From Octopus bimaculoides (lineage: Eukaryota), in assembly GCF_001194135.2 (NCBI RefSeq), contig NC_068987.1, forward strand, positions 48,493,410 through 48,557,409: DNA of 64,000 nucleotides, read 5' to 3'. The notes below the pieces were generated by a model. It had not been told where the DNA came from. It saw only the letters and a list, made by a program, of their open reading frames with translations, and did no database searches. A program made the translations under genes and the position numbers. Positions 1-14,700 of this stretch are shown here, piece by piece. Positions within the stretch are counted from its first letter, which is position 1, and the number at the start of each line of letters is the position of its first letter.

Positions 1-398
1 AATTACATATTTGTATTCATGTGCTCAATATGCACTTGTAGGATAGTGCAAAAAGTATGATAAATGTATACTTATGGTTTACTAACTACACTATTAGAGC
101 CATATCATAGTTTCATACTAGTATCCAAGTGCATAGCAAGAAATTTGTTTCACTTTACATTTTGCTATTTATCAGAGTTAGTTTCTTTGTTATTTTTAAA
201 GCTGGTAACCTATCTAAAATATAATTAGGGGCTTTATATTATGCCACAATTATCTGATAAGTGCTATTATTAAAAAAGCAAACAAATACAGCATTATGTA
301 ATAAATGCTTAGATGATAATATTGCTTCTATAAACAGAGCTGTTTGTCATGCTATTGTCTATTTTTCCACATGTTGTGTTCTTTCTGTCCTACCTTTG

Positions 399-429
<31 letters not shown>

Positions 430-1683
430 CTGATAGTACACTGTCTTAAAATTTCAATATTTGTATGTTAAAGCAGAGCAATGACTGTAATACTAAAGTA
501 ATCAACATGCACCAAACTGGTTAGGTACTGCTGTTTAGTTGCAGCAGTCTCTCCCTCTACCAGGTTATGCCTACAGATTGATTTAATTACGAAACAAAGT
601 GTGTGCTTACATTTTAGCTTCAATTACAAGCATTTGCATTAAACTGAATGTTAGACCATTTATTTGCACTAAATGATTTATGTCTTGAATAGAGGTGAAG
701 CACATACCCAGAAAAACCTTCAACATTCCACTTTCTCTACTAAACTGTTTTCTGATTTCCTTCTCATCCCACATCCTCACAGAATATGATCACCTTCTTG
801 CTGCTAGTAGTCTATAAATATTAACAAATATGAACAATTTAGTCTTGAGCAAGTATCTTCTACTATAGCCTCAGGCCAATCAAAGCCTTGCGAGTGAATT
901 TGGGAGATGGAAACTGAAAGAAGCCCATCATATGCATGCATACATCATATATGTGTATGTCTGTGTTTGCGTATGCTTATGCCTCCTTGTCTTGACATCA
1001 CATAATAGTTGTAAATGAGTGTCACTGTCTTACAAGCAGTGTCATTTGTTCAAGGGAAACATATTTGGATATGGGGAAATATTACCTTATATGGAAACAG
1101 GTGAGGGTTGGCAACAGGAACAAGCATCCAGCCATAGAAAATCTGCCTCAGTAAATTCTGTCCATCTCATACAAGTATGGAAATAATGATGATGAAATCT
1201 TTTGAGAGTAAAATAGTCATGGTATGCACAATTTTGATTAGGTCCCTATTCAATTACTAGTTTTACGTTAATTTTTCTAACTCATGCCAGCATTGAAAAA
1301 TGGATTTTAAAATGATGATGATGATGACTGCATAAAATAATATTAAACAACTATCTCCAATCCACTAAATTTGAAAAATTTGAAAATTACAACTTAGTCA
1401 ATTTATTAGAAAAGTATTCATGTCATGTTTCATTAAAATGAAATTAAAATTTTCCAATTCTAAAATATATTAATATTGGATCAGCTAGCTAACCACTCTC
1501 AAATGCTATGTCTTATCTCTGGCAGGTAAAAAAAAAGACAAAACAAATCACACATTTTGGGGATTATTTCCACTATGGGCAAGTGCCTTTTACTATAGCT
1601 TCAGGCTGACAAATGTCTTGCAAGTGCAATTGATAAACAGAATATGTATCGAAACCCATTATATGTATATGTATAATGGCGTG

Positions 1684-1724
<41 letters not shown>

Positions 1725-2577
1725 TTGTAGTCATGGCTAGTGCTGATGATGTGTGTAAGGCACCCATGCTGGTGACACGTAAAAGGCACCTGTGCTGGCG
1801 ACACAGAAAAGACACCCAGTACATTCTATGGAGTAGTTAGTGTTAAAAAAGCCATCCAACCATAGAAACCAAGCCGAAATAGACCGGAGCCTGGTACAGC
1901 TTTCTGGTTTATCAGTTCTAGTCAAACTGTCTTAACCATGCCAGCATGGAAAAACGGATGCTATATGATGATGATGATGATGATGATGATGACAACATAT
2001 ATGCACAAGGACTTTTGGTTTCATACCCAGATATGTATTTAGCCTACCAAGGTTGGTAGGACTCAAAGTTATGATGAAGGCAACTAGCCTAGGAGATAGA
2101 GGATTCTAATAAGAAGGCCTGAAGTATGTTTATTGAATTTGTAACAAAATTTGCATCAACTTCCTGCTATGAACATTTCCAAAAAGTGTGGCTAATCTTA
2201 CACAAGCCTTCACCACTGAAAACAAATCATCTGTGTAGGTAGGCAAATAGCGATGCTGTTGGATTCTTACATGTTGAGATTGATGAGAGAATCCATTACA
2301 CACACACACACATAGCAGGTTAAATAAATTATGCCTAATTCATGCAAGCATGGATAAAATAAATGTTAAAATGATGATGATGATGTCTAAATATAAAACA
2401 CACTTCTAGGTTATGATTAAACTCAGGGATATTTACAACTATTTATAACATGGTAAAAACCATACCAAATCAGACTGGAACTCAGTGCAGCTCTCCAGCT
2501 TACCAATTCCAGTCAAACCATCTAACCCATGCCAGTAGATGCTAAAGGATGATGATGATGATGATGGTTAGAATGAT

Positions 2578-2583
2578 TTTATT
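2578..2583 (-). terminator. Candidate polyadenylation signal (AATAAA) for the MPPE1-like mRNA
   Basis: AATAAA on the minus strand about 290 nt downstream of the stop codon; position only. Confidence 0.3.
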
Positions 2584-2868
2584 CACTATATCATGGAACC
2601 AGCTTACTATTAGAAAATACCATGTTATTAAAAAGGGTCAAAAGAAATAAGACTTAAAACCTTAATGATCTATAAGAGATGGGAAATGATAACAGATTTA
2701 GAGATTATGGTTTTATCAGTTTGGAATATAATCCAAAAGGAGTATTTAGATCTAGGTTTTGTTGGGTTTTAGTGTAGTTTAGAATTAGTTTTAGAAAGGA
2801 TAATCCTAGGATACTTACAACAATAGAGTTTGATGTCGAGACTAAGGCATTGCATTGTGAATCACTAA

Positions 2869-3047
2869 TCACTCATAATGACTGACCTGTGTTCGGGTTA
2901 GCAATCGCCGCATAGCTGAAAACAGCTTCCTTAGGATCTGGCAGATAATTACTATGCAGAGGAATATTGCATATCCAGCATACATAAATAACGAGATGTA
3001 TCTTGGTGGCAGCCACAGTGTCATATACTTGATATTCCCATTGTCAT
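2869..3047 (-). CDS. MPPE1: MPPE1-like terminal coding exon ([58 protein letters not shown])
   Basis: Acceptor ctctttattttag, phase 1 matches exon 7. LP.R followed by a transmembrane helix and TGA at 2869-2871. Confidence 0.88.
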
Positions 3048-6000
3048 CTAAAATAAAGAGAGAAGAGAACAACATTTGTAGAATGAATTAATAGATTTAT
3101 AAACATTACTGATCATAGAAGGATTATTCTACTTTATTAGCCATTTTGATATCAACCCTCCTGAGACTATTCTTGATTCTATGATACAAAATGCCTGTTT
3201 TAAAATAATTTAAATTAAGACCTTCCATCAAAATTTCTTGTTAATTTATGTTCCAAACATCAGCTTAATAATGACAAAATTATTTTACTAAATACTTCAT
3301 TATTTTCAAAAACTAATTAAAATAAAGGCAGTGTATTCCAAGAGAAATAAGGTAACAAAAGGGTTAACACTGGCTGCAAAGTTACATTTTCTCTCAATTC
3401 ACTCATGGAAGTTTCAGATAATATACAAGAGAGAAGGCCCTAGCTTGGAAACAGAAATTTTCAAGTGGTGATCTAAAAAATAATATAACTCATTCTCCAC
3501 CTACCCACATATAGGTTATTAATGACAAGGGTAGTTAGGTTTAAAAACCCCAGCTCAAGACCAAGATCTAATTTGTGGATACACATTAAATCAATCCACA
3601 AAAATCCACAAAAATCAGGCTAGAGCACAGCTAAATGATACAAATAGCAGCAGAAAACCAAAGTTGAAGTTACCTGTGTAGACCTCAAACATTGTGAAAA
3701 ATTTGCAAATTGAGAACAGAAATGAGAAATAAAAAACAAGTTAGGAGTCAGATAAATTTGCAAAAGCAACAATTCATTAGCTGTGTCTACACTTCCTCAC
3801 ATTCAGTCAATGGGTTATGTGCAAATTGGGTTGCAAAATTTTCTGTTCTACCTTGGTTCAGCTTTCTTAGTAATTCTTTATTTTGGCATTTCACCTAATT
3901 CCAACACAACCTATAAAGTCATGCTCATCTGGTTCGAAGTTTTTTGACAGTTTCAGTAGAGCTGGTGCCACAAAAAAGTAAAGTGTGTACAGGATACTTT
4001 TTTTTACAGGGTATTAGGAAGGGCATCCAACTGTAGAAACTATGCCAAAGCAGATACTGAGCTTGACGCAGCCCCCTGACTTATTAAATCCAATTGAACC
4101 ATCAAATCTATGTCACTATGGAAAATGGTTTTAAATGATCTTGATGATATTCTTTGCATCACTTCTGCTGTGGCTCTCTCATTACTCTGTATGTTTTCCA
4201 TACATTTAGATGTCTTCACTTAGGTAACAAACAATTTGTTAAATTTTATATACAAAAGCTCCAATTTTAACCTCTTTTATCTTAAGTGCTGGAGTAAGAT
4301 GACCCGAATCAGTATGACAGAGAAGATAATCCTGACTAGAAAACCAACAATATGAATAGGTTATGACTAACAGACAATACCAAACCTAAATGTGTACAGT
4401 GCATTCAAGAGTTGCATTTCAGTACTAGGAGGGAATTTAGAGGAGACTAGGTTCTTCAAATGCATTTCCTAATGATAATAACTGAAACTTATTTTCAACA
4501 CTTTCTCATCTGAACAAATAACATTCCAGTATATTTGATGGATAACAGCTATGTTTATACATATCTAAACTTCATTTAACACTGACCCTCTTGCATTAAC
4601 TCTGTCATATACCTTCTACATTCTCATCAACATTAACAGAAGTGGAGAGGAGAAAACTTTTCAGATATCTTCAGTTTAATTCAAGTCTATTTTTAACTGT
4701 ATATTTACTTCTTACATACTGTACCACTTTACCAAGTTATTTACTTAATTCCTATGTGAAACCTTAGTAGTTAGACTTTAAATCAACATTTACTATAAAC
4801 GGGCATGCGACAAAGAACAAAAAGTAAAAAGTAAATCTCTTATAAGTACTATATTTTTTCACAGAAGTTTAAAAATAATATATTACTTACTTATAACCAG
4901 AACACCATAACCCATCTTAGGTTCACCCATCCGATAGCTGCAGGTAGGCACCATAATCTCAACTAAAGTACTTTTCTCATCAGAATTGATTTCAATATAG
5001 TTTTCTTCTGATGTGAGGTCACGTTTTGTCACAGGCCAGTAATCACCATCATCATTTTCTTGTGACAAGCAATCCTCACACAAGAATAAATTTGCCTACA
5101 TAAAGGGAAAATAGAATTTTGTTTATTGATGAAATATGCACAACTCCCTCTACCTCTGTTAGCTTTTAATTTCATTTTTGGTGAATCAGTTAAACTTTAT
5201 TAGATATGTTTGTTTTGCTTCTATTTTTTTCATTTTATTGTTAAATGTATAACATTAAAATCTCAATTCTATCTATGCTGAAATATCTTTCTTAGCTAAC
5301 CTCTGTACTGGCTGTCCAAACTTTACATCCACTAGCAAGCTCACAGACAAAATAGGTGCTGTAATTTTGGTAAAAGAGACAGAACAAAACTCCAAAATTA
5401 ACAAGCTATAGTTTGCAACTATGGCATTTTTTACATTTGGTAATTAACCTTTTTATGATAATATATATATATAGGTGCATGTATGACTGTGTAGTTAACA
5501 AGCTCATTTGGCAACCATGTAAAATAATTGTAAAAGAAATTGCCTTTCAAAACATAGATATTATGGCAGACATTTAGTAGTCATGAGAAAACATAGGTCA
5601 GTAAGGGACATAAAAAAGTAGTAAAATCCAATCTTTCCAACAGAATTTTTACTATCTGAATCATCTGAGAGATGTATTAAGATATTATTAGAATATGGTT
5701 ATACAGGAACTGAGAGTTGCTACTGCAAACAAGAGTGAAAGGATGACAGCGAGTGAAGTTCGGTTACCTGGAGATTAGTTTTAAGGCCCACATCTGATCA
5801 CTATGAACTGCAAGAAAACAGCCAAAGAGAATGGTACTAAATTGAGATCATATTGAAATATTGTCCAACCCATGTCAGTATGGAAGATGGATGTTAAATG
5901 ATGATGAATAAATATGTAGATCATCAGGTCATGAAAGTTTCTGCCAAATTCAATAGTGAATTATTCTTTCATATACTGTAACAGGATTGAAGAGAAGTAA

Positions 6001-7928
6001 AGTGTGTGAAAAGAGAATAATATAATGTATATCCTGAAATAAAGTCATTTTATTTACAGCAGGAAACAGCTGTATATCTTAACATAATATTGATTTTCAT
6101 TGCAAGAGACAAACTTTTTAATTGTTATAAAAGAAATCATGTTAGAAATCAAGCAGTAGGGAATAAGATATATTAAAAGAAAATAATGTAAAACAAAATT
6201 ACCTTGTGCCAGTGACCAGATATGACCATGTGTGGTCGAATGGGCTTCAATAGCTGCAACACATAGGAATACTAAAATGATACTTTCATAGCAAACTGAA
6301 CATTTTGGGTACAAAATATGACAAAAAGAAAAGGGAGGAAGCAGAAGCAGCTTTTTTAGCAAAATATCATCTAAGGGTCAGGATAGGCAAAGAGAATTTC
6401 CACATGGAATAGGAAGTGCTTAGTGCTGTTTAGTGTCATGAAGTAGACATTCAGTTAGTAATGCAGAGTATAAAGGCATAAATATTGCATTAGTAGAAAA
6501 TACTTCAAGCAGGCATAGTCTGACTTAGACAACGTGATATATTTTAGCCAGATAAGTGACCCAAGCATGATAACGGGAATTGCTTCTTAAAAAAATAAAA
6601 ATGATAATACCTCAATAAAGCAATGCAACATTACTCAACCCAAACACAGAACATCCAAGACAACACTGTTCAATCCAGCCACCAGATAAAACAATGATGT
6701 AACACTTCACCTGAAACATTAGGCAACATAACTTTGTTTCTCCCAAAGATCAATTAACTTGCTACTGCTCCAACTAATAACTTAATAATTATTTGTGACA
6801 ATACCTTAATTAAATAAAAAAAACAAACAATGTTTTAATTATTGAGATTAACTAGTTACTGTGAAAACATTGTATTTGATAATTTCAAATAAGAAGTAAT
6901 TGTAATAAAACCTGAATTCAAAATATAGAAACAAATTCAATCTTTTAAAAATCAGATTAATGAAAAATAAATAAAAAAACAAGTTATCATATTAAGAATA
7001 TATCAGTTAACGTATTTCCTAATGTATGTAATCTTCTGAAAGTAATTTGATGACAGTGATATTTTTTTATATGCTGGTATCTCACAGAAAAATATTCATG
7101 TTTTTGGCTTATGAGTATTCTATAAAAAAATTAAAAAAATAAATAAATAAACATGTGTGACTAGATATACATGTGTATACATATATGTGTGTCTGCATGT
7201 ATGTGTGAGTATACACACACACACACACACAAATGAATCTATGAAGCATAGCATCTATGAAGCATAGCATCTATGAAGCATTCTTGAGAAATACTTTTAT
7301 TTAAATATATCAATAAGCCCACTTACAGTTTGCATATGTACCTCTCCCTCCTTTCTAATACCATTCCTCTGTCTTAAACCCCATGTAACTCAATCTATCC
7401 CTATCCATTCATTAACTTCCCCTACAAACTTTTTTTATCATCAATTATTTGTCTATATTTACAAGAGTTTGCAACTCTCATTGAAAAAAGATAATAGCAA
7501 TAGAATATTATAGTGATGCTTCATTCCCTAACCGGACAGGCATATAACAACATGGTAGTCAAAACTTGGGATCTTTAGTGAGACACAAACCTTTATGTAT
7601 AAATGTACCTGATGAGACCTAGACTGCAAAATTGATGCAACACATGTTCAAAGGAGTCTCATCCATAAGGGATAGTAGCAGGATGGGTCAAAATGGCTGT
7701 TGTACAAAATAAAAAATAAAGATTAATACCAAATCCATCTTCTCATTACTTAAGCAATTATTATTATTATTATCTCAACTAACACTGTGGAATTCCTGAA
7801 GTAGATCCAATGGAAACACACCCCGACAGTGGATGACATCAGGTAGCCCAAACTGTGCCAGTGCTCTACTCAGCACTTCAACACCCTAATCAACATATAC
7901 CCATTCATCCAAAAATATTAAATATGCA

Positions 7929-7960
<32 letters not shown>

Positions 7961-8637
7961 AGAAGGTAAAAAGAGAGAAAATAGAAAACTTTTGACAATG
8001 CAGAGAGTTTGATAAAACCTTTATATTTCAGGCACAAAAGCACATATTTGTAAGAAAAAAAAAACAGTCTAAGTAAAGTCCAGTTTTCTCAAACTGTTCA
8101 TTTCTTCTGAAGATGGGCCTTCGTGTCTGAAACATAAAGATTCTATTAAACTTTCCGCATTGTCAAAAGTTTTCTATTTTCTCCCTTTTTTACTTTCTTC
8201 TGAATTACAATGCTTCAAGCAAACTACAATGCTCATATATATACAGACTACTTACTGCATTGGATCTTTTGAATGTGATAAGGATAAAGATGAATGTAGT
8301 TATATCACTACTCCTCTTTCTTGACCCCCATTATTTTCTTCTGCTGCTCTAAATTATAGTTGGCTTTAGGTATTTTTTCCCTAAATTCATTTTGCTACAA
8401 TAATAGGAAAAAGAAGCAATATAATTATTTTAGTCTCTAGTACTGATGAAAAATTTGCTAAGAAATTATAATGGAGTATCCTGTATGTTGGAAATCTATA
8501 TGGCCATATGCTTCCGAGGAGAGCAGTTTATTTCAAATTGATGTAATGTTTGCACTGATCAATTAAATGGAGCCGCTTGAAACGGCCGTAATGCACTGAT
8601 ATTTGGACATTCTTGTTACTTATTTGCTTTTTATCTA

Positions 8638-8711
<74 letters not shown>

Positions 8712-11700
8712 AAACAGTTTTTCCGTTTCAAAAGTTAGTAAAATATGTAAAAAAAAAAAAAGAAAAATAGCTTACTTTATATAAGTAATACACAAATTTA
8801 ATAGTCAATTTTGTGTAGTTTGTCAAAATATGTAATAAAGCATCTACTTTTTTTTGTAAGTGACTACAATTCAAGAATTTTTAATGATTAACAAATAGTA
8901 TTTAAATTAGAGCAATTCCAAAACTGATAATGAATATAACAAAGGAGGTTCATGAAAATAGCATTTACTGGACTAACATTTGAGGAGCAGAAGACCTACC
9001 TTAGCAAGACAATTCAATCTGCAACTGTTTCACAATACTTTTTAGCAAAAAACATTCACCAACATTATGTAATTAAAATGATAATTAGATTGGTGTTTTC
9101 TTATAAGCATTTTCACAAGCCAAGAACTTAGTTGCAAGAAGGTTTTTCTGGTAAGAAGAGAAAATAGATTTGAAGGATTGTATATGGATACATTTTTCAG
9201 ATAAGAATTTAAGAGTAGAGGATGACTGGAAAGATTTGTAGTCACTAATTTTAAAGGAAACATTAAATTTCATCCAATTAAATTTTATAAATTGATTGAT
9301 TTCATAGACTTCTTTGGAGACAGAGGTTCTATTTCATACTTGTACTTGTTGATCAGCTGAGAAGACAAGATGAAAGTAAATAATTTTTCTTCTACATTCC
9401 TGAATATAGTAAAACGTGAGTGAAAAATGAAATCTACCTCAGATTCTAAGAACTCATTTAAATCCAAGTTTTTAAATTTTAATAAATAAATAGAATACAA
9501 AAGTGAATTAATGAAATGAAATAAAAGTGTCTTTCTCCAGCTATTCTAATTCTTGCTCGTTTTATCTCTAAAGCTTAATGATCAAATGATTTGTTCTTTT
9601 CAAGTCTTAATCGATTCATTTCTACTTTACCATCAATCACCAGCTCATGGTACATTATTATAACTCCACTTATACAATCCATGCAACTGGACATCAAAGA
9701 CATCAACACAAGTATGCAAGAGCAACAACAATGTTGATTTGCACATGTAATGCAAATGGATGATGCATGCACATTAAGAAAATGTTAAATTGGTGATGAA
9801 AGGTCCATGTATTTAAGGTAAACCACAGAAAATTAAAGAAGAGAAATTTGAACAAATCTGAGAACACTGGGTCTTACAAATAAGTTTACACAGGATCAAG
9901 ATTTGATGTTGCAAATCTGTTAAGAACACAATAAAAAGGAGCCAACCCATGATAAACATCGTCAATATTTTATGTAGTTATGATTTTTAGACCTAAGTAA
10001 ATTTTTCAGTTCGTTTGCAGTATGCTATCACTGAGATTTATATGACAAGTAAATCAAGTAATGGCAATGTTACACATTAATATGAGACACTACATTGCCT
10101 CTTAGATGCAATGCTTACTGTATTGAACTTGTCTGATTATTTTCATACATATTGTGGTAAAATATCTAGTAAACTTCTGTGTACATGGCAGTATCATTTA
10201 AAAAACTTTCATGTTCATATAGTGACTTGAAGATATTTCCTTTTGCCTTCTCTATGTCCATTTAAATAAACTTAGCACTTACTGCAAGCTTATAAATATT
10301 TGTCAATTATATATTGACTGCAACCAACAGTAGTGAATTATAACATCTATCCATGGCTAGATTGGCAAGTTAAATGAAAATCTAGTTTTTTTTTTACCAG
10401 TACACTGTACTCTCTTTGACGAGATAATCATTATTAACTTTTTAATCATTTGACTGATTCCATGTTGATGCAATCAATTATAACTCTCAATCAGAAAGTA
10501 GAGTTCATTATAATTTTTGATATTACCAGTTCAAATTCCTTTCACATTTCTACAGTTCCTGGCAAGATTTTTGTAAAGAACTTCATCTGAATTTTGAATT
10601 CAGGTTCAAGAGATTTAGAAATTAGAATTAATAACAAGAAAAGAGATAAAGTTTCATATATGGCTAAAACAATAAACTTTACACTTTGATTCCTACACTT
10701 AATAATGAAGATAATCAACTGAATAACAATTACTAATTATGAGTGGCTAAGAAATTTGCTTCATAACCACTTGATTTGGGGTTTTAGTCCTGCTGCAAGA
10801 CCTCTTGGGCAAACCACTTCTACTATAATCCTAGGCCAATCAAAGCCTTGAGACAGAAACTGAAAAAGGCTTGTCGTTTATGAATGTATGTACATATAAA
10901 TACATGCATGTGTAAATATATGTGCAATGAAGAACTAGAGATGTGTTTGTGTGTGTGTCCTTGTCTTGACATCATGTGAAACTTATAAACAAGCATCACT
11001 TTCTTTCCAATTTTCCATGCAAACATGTCCAGCAATGGAGAAATATTAATTTGCTTAAAAATAGGTGAGGGTTGGTGAGAGGAAGAGCATCAGGCCATAG
11101 TAAATCTGCCTCAACAAATTCTGTGTGAGTCATGCAAACATGGAAAAGTGGACGTTAAAATCACAATGATGATGAATTTCTTCTACTAAACTACACAAAT
11201 TTCTGTTAAAGAAGGGCATACTGCAAATGGAATCAATCTTTTTATATATTCCTTCATTTGAAGCTGCAACTTCACTTGCCTGAGTTTTCCTGTTTCTTGT
11301 TTGTTCTTCAGGGAGACCACTAAGATATTTAGGATTCTAATGGTCAGAATTTTGTTCATTTGCCTGCCTCTCTGTTATTGGTCAGTGTCAGTAAGGTGTG
11401 ATAACTTAACAAAAATTAAGGTTATTCTTAAATGCAGTAGGTAGTTTTTAACAGATACAAGATTTTATCTTGTTTATATTTGAAAGGGTTTATAGTGCAA
11501 AAATCAGACAAAGTTGTTGACTTAGTAAGGTAGGAGGTGTTTCATTTCTGAACGTTATGTCGATAAGGTGTGTTTGCTTTTAATGATATTTTCAGCAAAC
11601 TTCATTTATTTCCTATCATTACAGATATTTAAGCTTGGTAAGGCATTGGCTATTAAATGACATGATGTAGGACTGCTATAGTTGAATTCTGGTTTGGATT

Positions 11701-14700
11701 ATCTCTTACAATTGCTGCTATTACTTTAAGCTTAGAAGTGTTTTCTCTTACAGCTATAATTCACTTTTACAATGTTTCTGTTGAACAGCTTGCAGTATTT
11801 GTGGTTGGAGGAGATATGCTTTTTTTTTTATGAACAAACATTTAGATGCTTTTCCCCATATTAGATGTTACATTCATGTTTTTGTGGGTTTTATTCTTGT
11901 ATTACAGTTCTTCCTTAACACTTTAGTAGTGAAGCCTACTGATGTTTCTGCATGAAAGATGGAACCCTTTTTGTAAGGTACATGGAAAATAAGAGTGTTA
12001 CTATTGAAAATTAACGTTTCTATTTGAAATATTAAATACATGTTGTATGCTTGCAGTCACTACAAAAGCATGTCCTGGTTTCTTGACATGTCTTGATAAT
12101 GTTGCACTATCTTAGTAAATGAAAGGGGCTCATAACTATGTCTGGGTTGTTTTATTGTTTGATAGATTGGAGAAAATGAGTCAAGGTTATTAACAGGAAG
12201 AGGTAACCAGCAGTAGAAAATCTACTTCAATGAATTCCATCTGACTCATGCAAACAGGGAAAAGAGGATGGTGATGAAACAATGATGTATTAAGTACATT
12301 TTTCTTTCATCTGTACAAGACATACAATCTTTACTTTTCCTATTAGTCAGTATTACTGTTGCTGGGATGGTATTTGTTGATATGGTTGTTGATTTTCTTT
12401 ATGCTAATCTCTTAACAAAGGAATAAAAGAGAGAGTACAAGTTAAGAAGGCTGAAATAAGAAAACATTAGGTTTTGTACACAAGTAACACACAATGGCTT
12501 GTAATGAGGTTTGTCCTAATGATCACTAATTCAACACTAAATTCTCATATTCAACAGGGCTCATTAAGGTGAAATGATAAATATTCTAAGAAAGAGTAAT
12601 GCCTCATTTTTGATTCATTGCTTGTCATGGTGGAATATGTCAAACGTCCGGAATAATATTGAGACACGACATGACTAAAGCATCTTCAAAAACAAATTCT
12701 TACTTCTTGTTTTTAACTGAATAAAAAAAAAAACCTAAGACATCCCATATGTTAAAAAAAAGGATAATTTCAAATGACAAAAGAAGTCAAAAACTTTTTT
12801 AATGTCATGAGTCGTTCTATTATTAAAATGAATGCAATTAATTATAATTTCATTAATTAAAATGAATGCAATTTTAATTGAAATATTAATTTTAATAATA
12901 GAGTAATAAGATGTTTAATTAAATATTTCAATAGTCATAATGAGATGTTGTAACTAACACCTATAAACTACTTCCTCCTCTTTTCTTTTTGTCTTGTGTG
13001 CATGTGCTAAGCACATGCACACACACACACTAATAGTTTATGAATATGAATCCAACAGTAAAGACTGGCCTTTAGACATTTTAAATAATTTATAAATAAA
13101 TAATCAGGAATGAATGGAGGAGTTAAACTCTTTTTTGAGATTATGTTTCTTTTTACCACAAGAAATGAGTTAACACTAAACAGTGCTTTAACTGAATGTC
13201 AATACAAAAATGTTTGATTTATGGTAGTTAATTCAGATAGGAAGGGATATGTTTTGCATTCTAAATAAAATACATGTGAAGCAGATATGACTTGGGTAGG
13301 ATAAGAGAAAGGGACAGAAAATTAAAAACTGGGGAACATATAGATAGGGGTGGCTATCATACAGGTAAAGGGATAAAAAGCAAGAAAAATAGATTAAAGA
13401 AGGAAAATGGAAAGCAAAAAAATTAAGACAAAAACAAAGCGAATTAGGATTATAAGCAAAAAAGCAAAAATTAACCAAGAAAGCAAAATAAGTAAATGTA
13501 AAATAAATACTGACCCAAAAAATTTTTTTGAATTTGAAAAAAACATTCAAATTAATAAAATATAAATAAATATTTAAGGAAAACAGATTCTTGATAAACC
13601 CATGTTTATCCTTGTCTTTACCTATAACTTATGAACATAATATGTTTGCATATGTATGCCCATGGTTAAATATAGGTAATATACTGGTAGTGTAATGGAT
13701 ACTTCTATCCCTTAGATGTTTATTTTAGCCTCTAACTCAACTAACCTTTAAATAAATGACAAATAGTTAGCTATCGTAAAAATATTGTATAACTATAGCA
13801 ATTGCACATACTAGGCTTGGTGACAGGCAAGCCTAGTACATGCACTCATCCTGCACCTCTTATGTTAACTTTCTCTGTATATTTCTTGTACTTTCTGCTC
13901 CTTTTCCTATACAATGTGAAGTGTGACTAGAGAAATCAATCAACCACAATTTATATAAGTATTATTATATACAGTTTAGATATAAAGCTTTAGGCCAAGA
14001 CAGCAAAGAACCCTGTCTAAGAAAAAATGAAATCCCTGTAATATAATGGAAAATAATATGAATTATTTGTTCTTTCTTCATATCATATATTTTTTGATTA
14101 CAAAAGTATACATGATACGAAGGAAAAAAATAATTCACATATTTTTTTTTCATGAACAATTTGCAATGTAAACTGCTCATGTCTTCAGTTTGGAAATCAA
14201 ACAGAATCAGCCATTGAAAAACAGGTATTTTGAAATTACTGCTATTTATTATCTGATGCCATTTGATTGTATAAAATTGGATACTTATAACACAGTAAGT
14301 TCCTCTAAATGAACATAATACTGATGATAATACATCAAATAAAAATGTATGTTCCAGACTGTTTTATTTGCTGTTTCCACTATTAATCTATTTGATACCA
14401 AACTGCATGAGAACTACCCAAGTTCTGTGATACAAATTTCATATCTAATTAAATTAAATCAAAACTTTTCATTAAAATTCCATGTTAATTTATGTTCCAA
14501 ATGCCAGTTAAATAATGACAGTTACTGTATATATAAATATAAATATCTAAGTAAAATCACTGTAATCAATACATACAGGCTTGTCCTTTACACGTTCCGG
14601 TACCTCATAAAAGGCACTTGTACTGGTGCCACATAAAATGCACTTGTGTTAGTGCTGCGCAAATGCACCAGCACTCTCTGTAAAGTGGTTGGTATTAGGA

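Noticed and set aside
7605-7650. CTGATGAGACC as another hammerhead
   Set aside because: No GAAA after a credible stem II and no stem I complementarity.
7790-7830. CTGAAGTAGATCC..GGAAAC as a hammerhead remnant
   Set aside because: Stem II is incomplete and there is no stem I or cleavage triplet.
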